Shown: positions 1-12,201, counted from the stretch's first letter. The stretch: DNA of 64,000 nucleotides from Saccharolobus islandicus REY15A (GCF_000189555.1 NC_017276.1), one strand, 5' to 3'. A program made the numbers and translations. Notes: generated by a model from the sequence alone, not told the origin.

Positions 1-520
1 CCTTTGTTTTCCTTTCTACCAAGATTTTGTTCACTAAGTTAATTTCGTCCTCCCAGTAATTCCAAGGATACATAAACCAGGCCCAGTTTACAATCTCTTC
101 TGCGTAGTAATCTGGCATTATTTTTGCAGCTGGTTTTATATATTGTAAAGTTGCTGTTTTAACTTCTTTTGGTCCAAAATTTTCCATTACATATTTCCGT
201 GCTAATTCTATACTATCTCCAGTATCTGTTATATCATCTACTATAATTACGTTCTTATCTGATAGGTCAACCCTAAATGGATATTTCACCTTAGCCTCTG
301 GAGTATGAGATGCTGTCACTATCCAATGCTCTATCTTTATTGATAATATATCAAAAACACCTAAGACGTCAGCCACTAATCTAGCTGGAACTAAACCTCC
401 TCTTGCTATCGCAATTATCACATCCACATCATAATTATCATCTTTAATTTTCTCGGCCAATTTAGTAGAAAGACTTACTATTTCATCCCATGTGACTACT
501 TTCACTGGTATTTTGGGCAA
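1..520 (-). CDS. Purine phosphoribosyltransferase (type I PRTase), 3' end runs off the window
   Basis: Not in the ORF track. Manual translation from TTG at 520 gives [14 protein letters not shown]..., contains the PRPP-binding motif ([11 protein letters not shown]) and the WAWFMYPW C-terminal motif, with no stop before base 1. Confidence 0.9.
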   Translation of the reverse strand, partial: MPKIPVKVVTWDEIVSLSTKLAEKIKDDNYDVDVIIAIARGGLVPARLVADVLGVFDILSIKIEHWIVTASHTPEAKVKYPFRVDLSDKNVIIVDDITDTGDSIELARKYVMENFGPKEVKTATLQYIKPAAKIMPDYYAEEIVNWAWFMYPWNYWEDEINLVNKILVERKTK

Positions 521-603
521 AATTAACTCCCTAAAAAATGTCTGTTAAAACTTTATCAATTTTTTGGTTTATACTTTATAAGGTACGTTAATGTATTTCA
601 CTT

Positions 604-1416
604 ATGATTGAGGAAAATGAAAAAGCCTCGATAGGAATTATTGGTGGTTCTGGGTTATATGATCCGGGTATTTTTTCGGAGAGTAAGGAAAGAAAAGTAT
701 ATACACCATATGGAGAACCTAGCGATTTAATAACGATAGGTAAAATCGGAAATAAGACTGTAGCGTTCTTGCCTAGACACGGAAGGAGACATAGAATTCC
801 TCCTCACAAAATAAACTATAGGGCTAATATTTGGGCATTAAAAGAACTCGGAGTTAGATGGGTGATTTCAGTTTCTGCAGTAGGTAGCTTAAGAATTGAC
901 TATAAACCCGGTGATTTTGTTATACCAGATCAATTTATAGATATGACAAAGAAAAGAGATTACACCTTCTTCGATGGCCCCGTAGTAGCTCACGTCTCAA
1001 TGGCTGATCCATTTTGTAATAGCTTAAGGAAATTGGCATTAGAGACTGCTAAGGAACTAAATATTAGGACGCATGAAAGTGGTACCTACATATGTATTGA
1101 AGGTCCTAGGTTTTCTACAAGGGCTGAGAGTAGGACGTGGAGAGAAGTTTACAAGGCTGATATAATCGGTATGACGTTAGTACCAGAGGTTAATCTAGCT
1201 TGTGAAGCACAAATGTGTTATGCTACTATTGCCATGGTGACTGACTACGATGTTTTCGCTGAGATTCCAGTTACAGCAGAGGAGGTCACTAGAGTTATGG
1301 CAGAGAATACGGAAAAGGCTAAGAAACTTTTATATGCGTTAATTCAAAGGTTACCAGAAAAACCAGAAGAGGGGTCGTGTTCCTGTTGCAACAGTCTGAA
1401 GACAGCACTAGTATAA
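604..1416 (+). CDS. mtaP: 5'-methylthioadenosine phosphorylase (MTAP II)
   Basis: [19 protein letters not shown] and IGMT motifs; Cys-rich C-terminus typical of the Sulfolobus enzyme. Confidence 0.97.
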   Translation: MIEENEKASIGIIGGSGLYDPGIFSESKERKVYTPYGEPSDLITIGKIGNKTVAFLPRHGRRHRIPPHKINYRANIWALKELGVRWVISVSAVGSLRIDYKPGDFVIPDQFIDMTKKRDYTFFDGPVVAHVSMADPFCNSLRKLALETAKELNIRTHESGTYICIEGPRFSTRAESRTWREVYKADIIGMTLVPEVNLACEAQMCYATIAMVTDYDVFAEIPVTAEEVTRVMAENTEKAKKLLYALIQRLPEKPEEGSCSCCNSLKTALV

Positions 1417-1421
1417 GAAAA

Positions 1422-2165
1422 TTGGTGAAGTTTTTAAACATTAATTTTCCGCAAATAGATTTAATAGTATATGGTCGTGGTCTTGAACTCCCTTCATTTA
1501 CTCTTGCAAGAGCTCTTTCTTCCTTGAAGAATAAAATAATCAGCACATTAAATATTTATGATTTTCTGTTTATTTACAATCCCTATGTTGAAGTTTCAAA
1601 CGTTGTAGTGTTTACTGGGGACGAAAATGAATTGCGGGAACTTTTAGATGGTCTAGAGAGTTTAAGAGTAAGAGGAAGCATTTACCATTGTGGTGTTACA
1701 GATATTAAACCTAGATATAATCTTATTTCAATTAATAGTTTGGATAAAACTTTCTGTGAGATTAATCTATCCCTATCCATTTTAAAGGTACTAAGTAATA
1801 ATAAAAATACAGAGAGAGAAAAAAGAATTTTAGATCAATTAAACGACCTTTCGGATTTAGATGATTACGTGAAGAATTATGCCAAAGTTTTCAACCCGGA
1901 TTTGCCTATTCTCTTATCTCCGGTCATGCTTCCAGCTAAGTCCTTCTTAGAGAGTCTTGGGATAAATGTTTCAAGTTATTTTGATACTAAAATATTAGAT
2001 GGTGCACAAATAGTTTATACTGGTGTCGATATGTATATTACTAGAAGGATGATTTTTTCCTTAAAATCAAAGGGGAAAAAGGTTACTGATGTTCTGATAG
2101 ATGTAGACCCACTATTAGCACCCATATATTTAAGTATGATTATGTTTTACTTAAAAAAGAAATAA
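1422..2165 (+). CDS. Hypothetical protein, possibly a degenerate SIS-like fold
   Basis: Long ORF between mtaP and the prenyl synthase. Start moved to TTG1422 (GTG1425 also possible) just after the mtaP stop; the track start at 1377 overlaps mtaP. Confidence 0.75.
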   Translation: MVKFLNINFPQIDLIVYGRGLELPSFTLARALSSLKNKIISTLNIYDFLFIYNPYVEVSNVVVFTGDENELRELLDGLESLRVRGSIYHCGVTDIKPRYNLISINSLDKTFCEINLSLSILKVLSNNKNTEREKRILDQLNDLSDLDDYVKNYAKVFNPDLPILLSPVMLPAKSFLESLGINVSSYFDTKILDGAQIVYTGVDMYITRRMIFSLKSKGKKVTDVLIDVDPLLAPIYLSMIMFYLKKK

Positions 2166-2180
2166 AGGAGGTTCTGCTGA

Positions 2181-3026
2181 TTGAGCATCATAGAGTTTTG
2201 GCTAGAAGCTAAGACTACTATAGACAAATTAATCGAACAATTTCTAAATTCAAATAGGGATTGGGATCTAGTTGATATAAGTACTTATATTCTTAAAGAT
2301 GGTAAGCGCTTTAGGGGAACTTTAAACATGTTCTTTACTGTTGCTTTAGGTGGAGATATTAAGGACTCTTACGGTGGTGCTTTGGCTATTGAAATTTTAC
2401 ATTCTGCTTCTTTAGCTTTAGACGATATAGTTGACCTTGACGTGACTAGGAGAGGTGATAAAGCTGCGTGGGTTATATACGGAAATAGGAAAGTAATATT
2501 CATAACCAATTATCTTATTCCCACTGCTCTCAGGATAATTCAGACTTCTTATGGTGACGATGCGTTAAATACGAGCATTGAGTTGTGGAAAGACACTTCA
2601 GTTGGCGCTTTAAGGGATATGTATGATAATAATGATTACATACGAACAATTGAGTTAAAAACTGGTAGTTTATTTAAGCTTTCCACAGTGTTATCTGCAT
2701 ATGCTTCTAAGCACTATAATACGAAACAACAGATGTTGGATGTTGGCAAGTATTTAGGAATAATCTATCAAGTAATAGACGACTTTGTTGACTATAAAAC
2801 TAAGAAATTAGAGGAGATAGATGGTAGTGCCAAGCAATTATTCAAGTATTACAGAGAGGGAAAGTTGGAAGAGTATGTTAGGTCAGTATATTTAGAATAT
2901 AAGCAAAAATATGATGAGCTAATAAGTAACATTCCCTTCCAATCTAAATATATTAGTGAGATACGATCCCTTCCAGAGTTCTTAGCTAACGGTCTTCTAA
3001 AGGAGGCTAACATAGATAAGATTTAA
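2181..3026 (+). CDS. Hexaprenyl pyrophosphate synthase (trans-prenyltransferase)
   Basis: DDIVD first aspartate-rich motif, DDFVD second motif and KT motif; matches the recalled S. solfataricus HexPPS; GGAGG SD upstream of TTG. Confidence 0.95.
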   Translation: MSIIEFWLEAKTTIDKLIEQFLNSNRDWDLVDISTYILKDGKRFRGTLNMFFTVALGGDIKDSYGGALAIEILHSASLALDDIVDLDVTRRGDKAAWVIYGNRKVIFITNYLIPTALRIIQTSYGDDALNTSIELWKDTSVGALRDMYDNNDYIRTIELKTGSLFKLSTVLSAYASKHYNTKQQMLDVGKYLGIIYQVIDDFVDYKTKKLEEIDGSAKQLFKYYREGKLEEYVRSVYLEYKQKYDELISNIPFQSKYISEIRSLPEFLANGLLKEANIDKI

Positions 3027-3061
3027 GAAATTTAAATTCAAGGTCTTTTTGGTGAATTATT

Positions 3062-3949
3062 ATTAGACTTGCAGTAATCCATGAATCTGAGAAAGTAACT
3101 AAGGCTTCTAAGCAACTTTTATTGGAGATAAAAAATAGGAATCATAGTGCCTATTATATTAGAATTTCTAAATTGAATGCAGAAATAACAGAAAAGGGTA
3201 TAGAATTCACATATAGTGGAAAGAAAGTTGACATAGATGGTGGGCTAATAAGGAATTTAGGCTTCATCTCTACCACTGAACAATTCATAAAAAGACTCGA
3301 CGTATTGAGGGAGCTAGAAAGAAGTGGAGTAGTATTAATGAATAGGCCAGATTCTATGTTGTTGGCCAGGGATAAGTTTGCAAGTTTAATGCGAATGAGA
3401 AGAGCGGGTATTCCAGTTCCAAACACTGCCTTAGTTGAAGATCCCTTTGAAGTTATGCGATTAGTAGAAAGGTGGGGTGAAGTTGTAATAAAACCCGTAG
3501 TGGGAAGTCTTGGTTTAGGATCTGTTAAAGTTTCAGATCCGGATATAGCATTTAGAGTAGCAAAGGCCATTTTATCAGTAAACCAACCAGTTTACGTTCA
3601 AAAATATGTGAGGAAACCAGATAGGGATATTAGAGTAATTGTAATTGGTGATAGGGTTTTAGGGAGTATATATAGGATATCAAAAAGCGGATGGAAGACT
3701 AATATAGCTCAAGGTGCCACAGCACAAGTTTTAATTCCAGATGCAGAATTGGAGGAGATAAGTTTAAAGAGTGTTAGAGTGCTTGGTCTGGATTATGCTG
3801 GGATAGATATTATAGAAGACGTAGAGAACGGTGGTTACAAGATAATTGAAGTCAATGCAGCGCCTTTATGGGATGGATTTGAGGCAGCTACAAACATTAA
3901 TCCAGCTAAATATATTGCCGCGCATTTAATAGAAAAGATTAGGAGATGA
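3062..3949 (+). CDS. RimK/LysX-family ATP-grasp alpha-L-glutamate ligase; probable non-canonical ATT start at about 3062 (first canonical start TTG3122)
   Basis: [20 protein letters not shown] and [11 protein letters not shown]-grasp motifs; the frame is open upstream to a TGA at 3053-3055. Confidence 0.9.
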   Translation: MRLAVIHESEKVTKASKQLLLEIKNRNHSAYYIRISKLNAEITEKGIEFTYSGKKVDIDGGLIRNLGFISTTEQFIKRLDVLRELERSGVVLMNRPDSMLLARDKFASLMRMRRAGIPVPNTALVEDPFEVMRLVERWGEVVIKPVVGSLGLGSVKVSDPDIAFRVAKAILSVNQPVYVQKYVRKPDRDIRVIVIGDRVLGSIYRISKSGWKTNIAQGATAQVLIPDAELEEISLKSVRVLGLDYAGIDIIEDVENGGYKIIEVNAAPLWDGFEAATNINPAKYIAAHLIEKIRR

Positions 3950-3995
3950 GGAATAGAAAACCGTCTGATATGTGATGAGGAGCTCTCGCACCTGA
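3943..3995 (+). ncRNA. Box C/D methylation guide sRNA
   Basis: Box C GAGATGA 3943-3949, 15-nt guide, D' CTGA 3965-3968, C' GTGATGA 3972-3978, 13-nt guide, D CTGA 3992-3995; canonical archaeal spacing between two convergent genes. Confidence 0.8.
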
Positions 3996-3996
3996 T

Positions 3997-4458
3997 TCAA
4001 AGATCAAGCTCTTTCTTATCCTTTATTGATCTAAGTACAAGCATCGTATAAGTTGATGTAACTCCATCCATATTTCCTATCTTATCTAATACTTTTGCCA
4101 AATCTTCTCTAGTTGGTACTCTCACTTTCAGTACTGCATAGTATTCTCCAGTTACATCATAAATTTCATAAATCTCTTTCATTTCCACTAATTGTTTTAG
4201 TATGTTATCATATTTCTTGGGATCCGCTTTTATTAATATAAAAGCTACAACGCTGAGTCCAATCTTATCGAAATCTATTTCAGTATAAAAACCCCTAATT
4301 ACACCATTTTCCTTTAACCTCTTTATTCTAACATATATTGTAGCCTCACTCAAATTGAGCATCTTAGCTAGTCTAGAGAAAGGTATTCGTGAATCTTGTT
4401 GTAGTATATTAAGTATCTTTTTATCAATATCGTCAAGATAATAAAATGAGGAATTCAA
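3997..4458 (-). CDS. Lrp/AsnC family transcriptional regulator
   Basis: N-terminal [36 protein letters not shown] and a C-terminal RAM domain (VTGEYY). Confidence 0.95.
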   Translation of the reverse strand: MNSSFYYLDDIDKKILNILQQDSRIPFSRLAKMLNLSEATIYVRIKRLKENGVIRGFYTEIDFDKIGLSVVAFILIKADPKKYDNILKQLVEMKEIYEIYDVTGEYYAVLKVRVPTREDLAKVLDKIGNMDGVTSTYTMLVLRSIKDKKELDL

Positions 4459-5453
4459 ATAAGAGACCTCCCAAAGATCTTTATTAAATCAACTCTATTA
4501 AAGTCGCCTATTGCAAATTTTAAAATTAGTTGGGGATCATTATTAAGTAACGCCTTCGAAAGTCTTACCGTGGTTGGATCTCTCTCTTTCGTCATTTTTA
4601 TAATTTTTGCATGCCATTTTAACGACCAATATAACTTACTCTTTTTAAATTCCTTTTTGAAATCTTTTCCAGTTAATATGGAGTCCGCTAAAATTTTTGA
4701 AGAAATAATCGACGGTCTTATTCCCTCTCCAGTTATTGCATATACTGTACCCAACGCCTCACCCGTATAATTACCGTCTAATCTGTCTTCTATCACTCCG
4801 TAATCTGTAACCCTAGCTCCATGAAACATTTTAATTCTCCCCTTAAGGATTTGTTTTAATCTTTCCTTTAGCTCTGGAACCTCTGCGTATCCTCCAATTC
4901 CAATTTTTGATCCTTCCCTATCTGGAAATACCCAAGCATAACCCAAAAAGCCAGAGTAAAAATAGAATTCCACTACTTCCTTATCTATTTCGTAGTCGGT
5001 AATGTACTGAATTGCGGGAATTGACATAGACTTACTTACATTATAATGCCCTGTTGCAAATATCACCTTGTCGTGATCTATTGGTTTATTATTTACGTAG
5101 TATTTATCATCCTTTTTTATAACTTTTGAATTAAATTCTACATTTACTTCTTCTGAAAGCCTTTTTAAGAAGAGAGGTTTATCAATAATGTATCCTAATT
5201 TGTTATCTGTCCTTATATCAAAAACAAGTTTATTATCAAGATATATTCTAAAACCCCTTATCTCACTAATTATAGTTTCATTTGGTATTGGTATTATATT
5301 TTCTATTCCAGTTATTAAGCCCCATGCGCACGGTTTAAGTCCAGGTTCTTCCATACTCTCGTAAATTGTTGCATCAACTTTTCTATTACCTTTTAAAAAA
5401 TAAGCTAGAGATAATCCTGCGGGACCAGCGCCTACTATTGCTATTCTAGTCAT
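4455..5453 (-). CDS. FAD-dependent oxidoreductase, geranylgeranyl reductase-like
   Basis: GAGPAG Rossmann motif, PCAWG, GYAWVFP and GEGIRPS motifs. Confidence 0.88.
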   Translation of the reverse strand: MTRIAIVGAGPAGLSLAYFLKGNRKVDATIYESMEEPGLKPCAWGLITGIENIIPIPNETIISEIRGFRIYLDNKLVFDIRTDNKLGYIIDKPLFLKRLSEEVNVEFNSKVIKKDDKYYVNNKPIDHDKVIFATGHYNVSKSMSIPAIQYITDYEIDKEVVEFYFYSGFLGYAWVFPDREGSKIGIGGYAEVPELKERLKQILKGRIKMFHGARVTDYGVIEDRLDGNYTGEALGTVYAITGEGIRPSIISSKILADSILTGKDFKKEFKKSKLYWSLKWHAKIIKMTKERDPTTVRLSKALLNNDPQLILKFAIGDFNRVDLIKIFGRSLI

Positions 5454-5460
5454 ATATTGT

Positions 5461-5973
5461 TCACTTTTTTCTGAAGTAAAATAAAGCTATAATAGCTAGT
5501 ATTAAAAATCCAGTATATAATGGTAAGAGCGCGTAAAAGTTTGTTATAAACGCTCTGCCTATTATTGCTCCAATAATTAAAACTAATATAAATGCAAAGA
5601 ATCCATTTCCTACATATAATATATCTCTCTTTATTATATTAGGTAATACCGATTTCAACACTAGAAACAAGTTATATATGAATGGAATAGATAAGGTTAA
5701 CGTAACTATGGCGAATTTGTACTCATCTTGATATGCCATAACAAAGAAAACCCCCGCTACATCTGCAAATGTTGACAACGCAGTAAAGTAAAGAGTGCTA
5801 ATTGCAGTTTTTATATCATTTGCCCAAGGTTTTTCAGAAATTAAAACATACACTGCAACAATAAAGTCTATTAGAGCTCCTACCAAAAATGCTATAAAAG
5901 AGTCTACTAATCCTGGAATTATTGGTAAAACTATCATCAATATGGAAAGGGGTAACGTATAACTGGCTTTCAT
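5461..5973 (-). CDS. Hypothetical integral membrane protein (about 5 TM segments)
   Basis: Repeated hydrophobic stretches; collinear with the neighbouring operon. Confidence 0.8.
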   Translation of the reverse strand: MKASYTLPLSILMIVLPIIPGLVDSFIAFLVGALIDFIVAVYVLISEKPWANDIKTAISTLYFTALSTFADVAGVFFVMAYQDEYKFAIVTLTLSIPFIYNLFLVLKSVLPNIIKRDILYVGNGFFAFILVLIIGAIIGRAFITNFYALLPLYTGFLILAIIALFYFRKK

Positions 5974-6030
5974 CTTATTCTTAAAGACTACTAATTAGAA
6001 AATAAAAATATCTATTCCCAATAGAAGAGT

Positions 6031-6861
6031 GTGAGATATAATTTACCAGTACTCGTAATACACGGCGGAGCAGGAAGTTGGCAAATAGCTGATCAAGATA
6101 AGGCGAAACTGACAATAAGCGAAGCGTTAGAGAGAGGATATTATGAGTTTAGGAAAGGTTCTGCGCTTGAAGCCGTAGTGGAGGCCATATACTATATGGA
6201 GGAGTCTGGAGTTTTCGATGCAGGAAAAGGTAGTGTAAGAAACTCAGCTGGATATATTGAAATGGACGCTGGAATAATGATAGGTAATACACTTCAAGCG
6301 GGGGGTATTATGGGATTGAGAGAAGGTAGCGCGATAAAAAAGGCTTTTGAAATCTTACTTCAAAATAGGCATGTATTAATGATAGGTAGTGGCGATAATA
6401 CTTCTAATAATAATAAGAATACAATTTCCGAAAATGAGGTTTCCGGAGATACTGTAGGTGCAGTAGCTCTAGACCAACATGGTAATCTAGTTGCTGGAAC
6501 TAGCACTGGTGGGATAAAGGGAAAATTACCGGGTAGAGTTGGGGATTCTCCTATTCCGGGCGCAGGCTATTACGCAACGCCGAATGTGGCTGTTTCTAGT
6601 ACCGGAGTTGGTGAGATAATTTTAAGGATGTTACCAGCTAAAGAAGTTGATATTTTAGTCTCATTGGGTTTCACTATTGATGATGCACTAAGAGCTGTGA
6701 TAAACAAAATAACTAAAATTTTTGGAAAAGATAATATAGGAATGATAGGATTAGATAAATATGGAAATGCCTCGGCTTACTATAATACAAAAGGGATGGC
6801 TAGAGGTGTCATTTCCTCAGATGGAGTTAAGAAAGTATATGTCTTCGAGGGTGAGATCTAA
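6031..6861 (+). CDS. Isoaspartyl peptidase/L-asparaginase (Ntn hydrolase, type 2)
   Basis: [14 protein letters not shown] autocleavage Thr, STGG and [12 protein letters not shown] motifs. Confidence 0.95.
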   Translation: MRYNLPVLVIHGGAGSWQIADQDKAKLTISEALERGYYEFRKGSALEAVVEAIYYMEESGVFDAGKGSVRNSAGYIEMDAGIMIGNTLQAGGIMGLREGSAIKKAFEILLQNRHVLMIGSGDNTSNNNKNTISENEVSGDTVGAVALDQHGNLVAGTSTGGIKGKLPGRVGDSPIPGAGYYATPNVAVSSTGVGEIILRMLPAKEVDILVSLGFTIDDALRAVINKITKIFGKDNIGMIGLDKYGNASAYYNTKGMARGVISSDGVKKVYVFEGEI

Positions 6862-7401
6862 ATGAAGATATTAGTAATGAGCAATATTAGATTCCCCGAA
6901 CCTCATGTTGAAAGTATGTTATCAAGTATTATAAAGAAGGAGGAGCCAGAAGTTATAGTATTAAATGGTGATACTACCCAATGCTATTGGGACTATGAGT
7001 GTCCTAGAGTCATTGATGTGCTCTACGTTATTAGGAGTATAGCTCCCTGGGCTCAGATAATATACGTCCAAGGAGATATGGATCCTCATGCAATAAAATG
7101 TATAACTGCAGAACCCAGATATAGGGAGGAAATAATTGGTACAACTATGTATATTGCGGAAGCAGCCTCTGTCAAATACCACATTATTCATGGACACCAA
7201 GGAGAAATAGATCAGTTGAGGAAGAGTATTGGGGCTGGACCATGGGATTGGCTAGTAATAGGACAATATAAGAGGTTAGAAATCGATAAACTAGCAAGAG
7301 TATTATATAGTGGTGGTATAACTAGGGAATTTCCGCCAGAAGCAAGAGGTTATGTAGTTATCACTGACTCAAATTTTTACATTAGGAATCTCAGAACCTA
7401 A
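6862..7401 (+). CDS. Calcineurin-like metallophosphoesterase fold protein with degenerate metal motifs
   Basis: LNGD, QGDMD and IIHGH motifs are recognisable; the N-terminal DxH is replaced by SNIR. Confidence 0.75.
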   Translation: MKILVMSNIRFPEPHVESMLSSIIKKEEPEVIVLNGDTTQCYWDYECPRVIDVLYVIRSIAPWAQIIYVQGDMDPHAIKCITAEPRYREEIIGTTMYIAEAASVKYHIIHGHQGEIDQLRKSIGAGPWDWLVIGQYKRLEIDKLARVLYSGGITREFPPEARGYVVITDSNFYIRNLRT

Positions 7402-7634
7402 CCACATGTTGGGAAATACATTCTTCGCGCAAGTTCTAGTATTTTCACATCATATACTTCTTCTATGGGATTCAAATTAGATCCCTCTTCCCAAATTTTG
7501 TAGTTGTTTGCAAATATACTATTCTTCTCTCCACTATAAAACAATATTTCTTTTATAAATGGTATTTTTCTGAGAGAGTTGACTATTTTTCTTATATTAT
7601 TATCCATTATCCTATACTTAACTACTACAATCAC
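7398..7634 (-). CDS. Small hypothetical protein
   Basis: 78-aa ORF filling the gap, convergent with a 4-nt overlap. Confidence 0.65.
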   Translation of the reverse strand: MIVVVKYRIMDNNIRKIVNSLRKIPFIKEILFYSGEKNSIFANNYKIWEEGSNLNPIEEVYDVKILELARRMYFPTCG

Positions 7635-7727
7635 ATATTATAATTGTCCCTCTATTCTCTTAAGATAATTGATAATAATAGATGGTATTTTCATAAACCA
7701 TTTAAATCTGAGTCTTACTAATAGCTT

Positions 7728-8111
7728 ATGCAACTTGAAAATAAGCCAATTGTAGTGATCTCTTCAACCAACGCTGAGGAAATATCGAATTTCATTAGGG
7801 CGATGTTTAAGGATTGCAGGTTAAATGGGAGTAAGAAATTAATAATAAATTTCATTTCATCAATTTCTTACCCAGAGTTTATACAAAACGCCAGGGAGGC
7901 CCTTTTAGATAATATAGATTTAGGTGCGTATATTTACATTTGGAAACCCGAAGAGGTTGACCAAATGATGAAAAAGATCTTGGAAAATCGTCAAGATATG
8001 AAAGGTATAATAATATATTGTGATAATAATAATAAATATACGATTGAAAAAATACTTCATAAGGTTCCTAATTCGATAAAGGCAAATATTATAAAGGATT
8101 ATTGTAAATAA
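7728..8111 (+). CDS. Hypothetical protein (Sulfolobales-type alpha/beta protein)
   Basis: 127-aa ORF with TTTAAA TATA-like box about 28 nt upstream of ATG. Confidence 0.75.
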   Translation: MQLENKPIVVISSTNAEEISNFIRAMFKDCRLNGSKKLIINFISSISYPEFIQNAREALLDNIDLGAYIYIWKPEEVDQMMKKILENRQDMKGIIIYCDNNNKYTIEKILHKVPNSIKANIIKDYCK

Positions 8112-8150
8112 TTTTTTATTCTAACGAGGGAAGTAGATAGTGGTGCTAAA

Positions 8151-9512
8151 TTGAAAAGAGCCGAATATGATGTTTTAATTATTGGTTTAGGTATAGCTGG
8201 TGCATCACTTGCTTGGAAACTATCTCAATCTAACCTTAAGGTCTTAGCCATAGATAGTAAACCATGGAATAGGTTTGGCGATAAACCTTGTGGAGATGCA
8301 ATAAGCAAGGAACATTTCGATAACCTGGGGATGCCTTATCCTCAAGGCAAAGAGTTGGAGGAGAAAGTAGAAGGTATAAAGCTGTATAGCCCTGACATGA
8401 AAACCGTTTGGACGGTAAAAGGAGAAGGTTTTGAAATTGATTCTCCCAGTTATGTACAGAGGTTGACCAAAGAGGCTAGAGATAGGGGAGTTGAAATTTT
8501 AGATCTAACGACTGCGATGAAACCGATAATAGTTGGCAATAAAGTGGAAGGAGCGGTCTTGTTTAACAGAAGGACTAATGAAACTATAGAGGCTAAAGCT
8601 AAAATTACCGTCGATGCTACTGGATATTCAACCAGTTTTAGAAGTAAGCTTCCATTTGAATTTCCGGTGACTGAGTCATTAGATGACAAAGACGCTGATG
8701 TTGCATATAGAGAAGTGTTAAATACTAAGGATGAAATTGATGAATATCCGTATTTAAGAATATTCATAACACAGAAGGCTTCTCCGGGAGGTTATTGGTG
8801 GTACTTTCCGAAAGGACCAAATAAGGTCAATGTTGGTTTAGGTATACAGGGAGGCATGGGTTATCCCAGTATTCATGAATTCTACAATAAATACGTCGAC
8901 TATTACGCTCCAGACATAGATAAGAATAGGCTATTAGTTAAAGGTGGAGCGTTAGTACCTACTAGAAGGCCCCTTGCAACTATCGTATGGGATGGTGTAG
9001 CAGTAATAGGTGACTCGGCATTTACAGTGAATCCAGTACATGGAGGAGGTAAAGGTTCTGCAATGATTTCAGCTTATTGTGTTGGTAAAGCTATACTTAA
9101 TGCATTTGAGAATAATGATTTCTCTGCAAAAGGACTATGGAATGCTAATGAGTGTTATATAGAGAGATATGGTGCTAAGCAAGCTAGCCTTGACTTATTT
9201 AGAAGATTTTTACAGAAGTTAAGTGATGATGAGATAAATTATGGAATGAGTAGGAAAGTGATAAGAGAGGAGGACTTATTGGAGGCAAGTGCGAATGGTG
9301 ATCTTCAGCTTTCCACAGCTGAAAAAGCAATGAGAGCTATTATGGCTCTTGGAAAGCCATCATTACTATTTAAGCTAAAGACTGTTGCCGAGTATATGAA
9401 AAAGGTTAAGGATGTTTATAAGCGCTTCCCAGCAGAGCCTAATGGTTTAATGAAGTGGAAATATAGCGTGGACTCGATAATTTTAGAATTTAATAAGGCT
9501 TTGGAAAAGTAG
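8151..9512 (+). CDS. Digeranylgeranylglycerophospholipid reductase (GGR)
   Basis: [22 protein letters not shown] and HGGGKG motifs of the Sulfolobus GGR. Confidence 0.95.
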   Translation: MKRAEYDVLIIGLGIAGASLAWKLSQSNLKVLAIDSKPWNRFGDKPCGDAISKEHFDNLGMPYPQGKELEEKVEGIKLYSPDMKTVWTVKGEGFEIDSPSYVQRLTKEARDRGVEILDLTTAMKPIIVGNKVEGAVLFNRRTNETIEAKAKITVDATGYSTSFRSKLPFEFPVTESLDDKDADVAYREVLNTKDEIDEYPYLRIFITQKASPGGYWWYFPKGPNKVNVGLGIQGGMGYPSIHEFYNKYVDYYAPDIDKNRLLVKGGALVPTRRPLATIVWDGVAVIGDSAFTVNPVHGGGKGSAMISAYCVGKAILNAFENNDFSAKGLWNANECYIERYGAKQASLDLFRRFLQKLSDDEINYGMSRKVIREEDLLEASANGDLQLSTAEKAMRAIMALGKPSLLFKLKTVAEYMKKVKDVYKRFPAEPNGLMKWKYSVDSIILEFNKALEK

Positions 9513-11099
9513 TATAACTACAAGTAAAACATATGGTGCTACTAAGGGAATCCAAAACGTTTTTGAAGTATAACTCCCTACGTCCTCTAGCGCCTTTAGC
9601 ATAATAGAAATTATTTTTCCGAGGATCTTTACACCTTTTATCTTAACCACTTTATATTCTATGCTATTTATCTCCTTCATATTCTCTGTGGATCTCTTAA
9701 TTAGTTCAGATGCTTTATTCACGATATCTTCACAAAAAGTAGCTGGAGAGTATGTAATCCCTAGGCTTATCCCAGTACAAGAGTGATCATCTGGTGTGAC
9801 TAAAATTACCTTATCAACGATTTGCCTGACTGCACTGGATATAGCGTTATTAAGTTCTTTAGTTGAGTTATTAGCGTAGATGTAAACTATAGATACTCTC
9901 TTTACTCTATCATCAAATGTGAAGACTCGTATACGACTATCACATAATCCCTCACATGTTTTAGCTAATTTTCCTTCTGCATATCCTACCAAAAGTTTCC
10001 TTGTACTTTTAATCCCTCTTTGATCCATGATGAATTCCTTTAAACTATTTATTTCGTGATTATCGTATTCTTTTACTAGAAAAGAGTTATGGCAATCTAT
10101 AAGGTAGTTATTTGAGGATAGCATATACTTCCATAGGGAAGATGGTAAATCATCTATTCCAAACTCAAGTCTCTCCATAAATGATACTCTGAATTTATCG
10201 AATTCTAATGATGTAATATCAAAAGTAGAGCGTTTTTCGATTGAAATGCCGTAAAAAGTGGCCTTATACCAATTACTACGTTCTAGCGTACTTTTCGAGA
10301 TTGCTTCCATTACTTTATTTACCTCGGCTGATGAGGGTAAATCTAATTCATGGCTACCTGGTCCATGAAATACCGTTACTACGTTATTTCTTAAGGTTTT
10401 TTCAATATCATAAACGAATCTAGAACTACCAACACTATCGAAAACTCCGAAATGTATTTGTGGTATCATGAAAAGAAAATCGTCCAATTTGTACATAAAT
10501 ACACTCAGATTAGTTTTTACAGATACTAAATTTAGAAAATTTTCTAGAGGTACTTTATTTTTTTCAGTTATTGCTGTTATGAAGGGAACAGCTACTTGCG
10601 TTGACTTGAACCCAAGTATTTTTACGCCCTTTCTATTAACTGTATATATATAAAAATGGAATATTAAACCTATTATAATTATATAGATTAGAAAGATAAT
10701 TGAGTATTTAACGTAAAATATTATAGGGACATACGATGTAATTCCAGATAGCACTATGGAAGGGATTTCCTTATAACTACTTAGGAGAATATACGCCATT
10801 AGCGGCATGAAAAATCCAAATGCGTAAAATGGAGCTATAGGTAACAGAGAAAGAAGAAGGTAAGGTATCGCAGTTAGATTCATAAGAAATAAGGCTAATT
10901 TTATCTTATTCTTAAAAATTATCGTTAGAAGAATTGAGTAGAGTGCAAATGAAAATAGATAATCGAAAGTTAGTTGGAAACTCCTTAGCATTATAAATAA
11001 GGATTCTGCTGAAAAGGTTGTTGCAAATATTTTTATATTTGGCAGAGTTTTAAGATAACCATAGTATTTCCTTGTTAAGTTTTCAGTATCCATGCCCAT
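9483..11099 (-). CDS. DUF2070-like membrane protein
   Basis: N-terminal TM segments plus [19 protein letters not shown] and TPDDH conserved motifs. Confidence 0.8.
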   Translation of the reverse strand: MGMDTENLTRKYYGYLKTLPNIKIFATTFSAESLFIMLRSFQLTFDYLFSFALYSILLTIIFKNKIKLALFLMNLTAIPYLLLSLLPIAPFYAFGFFMPLMAYILLSSYKEIPSIVLSGITSYVPIIFYVKYSIIFLIYIIIIGLIFHFYIYTVNRKGVKILGFKSTQVAVPFITAITEKNKVPLENFLNLVSVKTNLSVFMYKLDDFLFMIPQIHFGVFDSVGSSRFVYDIEKTLRNNVVTVFHGPGSHELDLPSSAEVNKVMEAISKSTLERSNWYKATFYGISIEKRSTFDITSLEFDKFRVSFMERLEFGIDDLPSSLWKYMLSSNNYLIDCHNSFLVKEYDNHEINSLKEFIMDQRGIKSTRKLLVGYAEGKLAKTCEGLCDSRIRVFTFDDRVKRVSIVYIYANNSTKELNNAISSAVRQIVDKVILVTPDDHSCTGISLGITYSPATFCEDIVNKASELIKRSTENMKEINSIEYKVVKIKGVKILGKIISIMLKALEDVGSYTSKTFWIPLVAPYVLLVVILLFQSLIKF

Positions 11100-11129
11100 G
11101 ATAAGTTGATGGGGTGAAATAAAATAGTT

Positions 11130-11420
11130 TTGTCAATCAATAAGGAAAAGTTAGGTGTAGACAAAGTTATAAGAAATTCGTTAGATTATTGTGACCTATA
11201 TATCATACAAAAAGGTGACAAAGTGTTTCTTCTATATCTATTTGAGAGAGAAAAATACTATTATTTCAAAATAATGCCGGAGATAATTGGGAAATGGGAA
11301 GATTGTGAAAACGTACTCTATACTGCAATCGGGCTTTTTGGCTTTGTGAATAAACAAGATGAATTGGAACAAAAAATTAGAGAAAAGATGGAGGCGTTAA
11401 TCAAAAATGTCAACACTTAA
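11130..11420 (+). CDS. Hypothetical protein
   Basis: 96-aa ORF with GGGGTGA SD; overlaps the HAD gene start. Confidence 0.7.
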   Translation: MSINKEKLGVDKVIRNSLDYCDLYIIQKGDKVFLLYLFEREKYYYFKIMPEIIGKWEDCENVLYTAIGLFGFVNKQDELEQKIREKMEALIKNVNT

Positions 11421-12201
11421 TGACTATCAATTAATAATAAGTGATGTAGATGGGGTAATAGTAAGAGAAGGGGACCCAATATGGGAAAATATACAAGCGT
11501 TAAGGAATATACAAAATAATGGAGTTAAGGTTATATTTGTAACTAATAATTCCGGTTTTAGTAGGATCTTATTATCTAGACAGCTGTCCTATTTAGGCCT
11601 TAAGGTTACTCCAGATATGATAATTACAAGTGGTTTGGCTGCTGCAATTTACATGAAGGAGAAGCTTAATGTTAAGTCTGTATTCGCAGTAGGCGAAGAG
11701 GGGCTTATTGAAGAATTGAAAAATCATGGTTTCTTAGTATTCTCTAGTGTGGAATCAGAGAGAAACTTACCAGATGCCGTAGTGATGGGACTGGATAGGT
11801 TAAGTACGTATGATAAACTATCGTTAGCCATGAGGTGTATAAGCAAGGGATCGAAATTCATAGTAACAAATATGGATAGACTTTGGCCAGCTAAGGATGG
11901 GTTAAAGTTGGGTGCTGGGGCGTTGGCTAGTTCTATAATTTACGCCTTGAGAAGGGATCCAGACTTTATAGCAGGGAAACCTAACACCTGGATAATAGAA
12001 ATAGCCATGCGAATTTCAAGTGTTAAGAAGTTAGATAAAATTCTAGTTATAGGGGATCAGATAGAGACTGATATCCAAATGGGATACAATATAGGTGCTG
12101 ATACAGCATTAGTTTTAACTGGTATATCAACTGTTGACGATGTTGATAGGAGTAGTGTTAAGCCGAAATACGTAGTAAATAGTTTATTAGACCTTTTGTG
12201 A
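11407..12201 (+). CDS. HAD-IIA (NagD-like) phosphatase
   Basis: DVDGV, VTNNS, GKP and IGDQIETDI motifs. Confidence 0.95.
   Translation: MSTLNDYQLIISDVDGVIVREGDPIWENIQALRNIQNNGVKVIFVTNNSGFSRILLSRQLSYLGLKVTPDMIITSGLAAAIYMKEKLNVKSVFAVGEEGLIEELKNHGFLVFSSVESERNLPDAVVMGLDRLSTYDKLSLAMRCISKGSKFIVTNMDRLWPAKDGLKLGAGALASSIIYALRRDPDFIAGKPNTWIIEIAMRISSVKKLDKILVIGDQIETDIQMGYNIGADTALVLTGISTVDDVDRSSVKPKYVVNSLLDLL

Noticed and set aside
6391-6440. AAT-rich stretch (NTSNNNKNT) in the asparaginase
   Set aside because: A flexible linker before the autocleavage site, typical of Ntn asparaginases; not a functional repeat.
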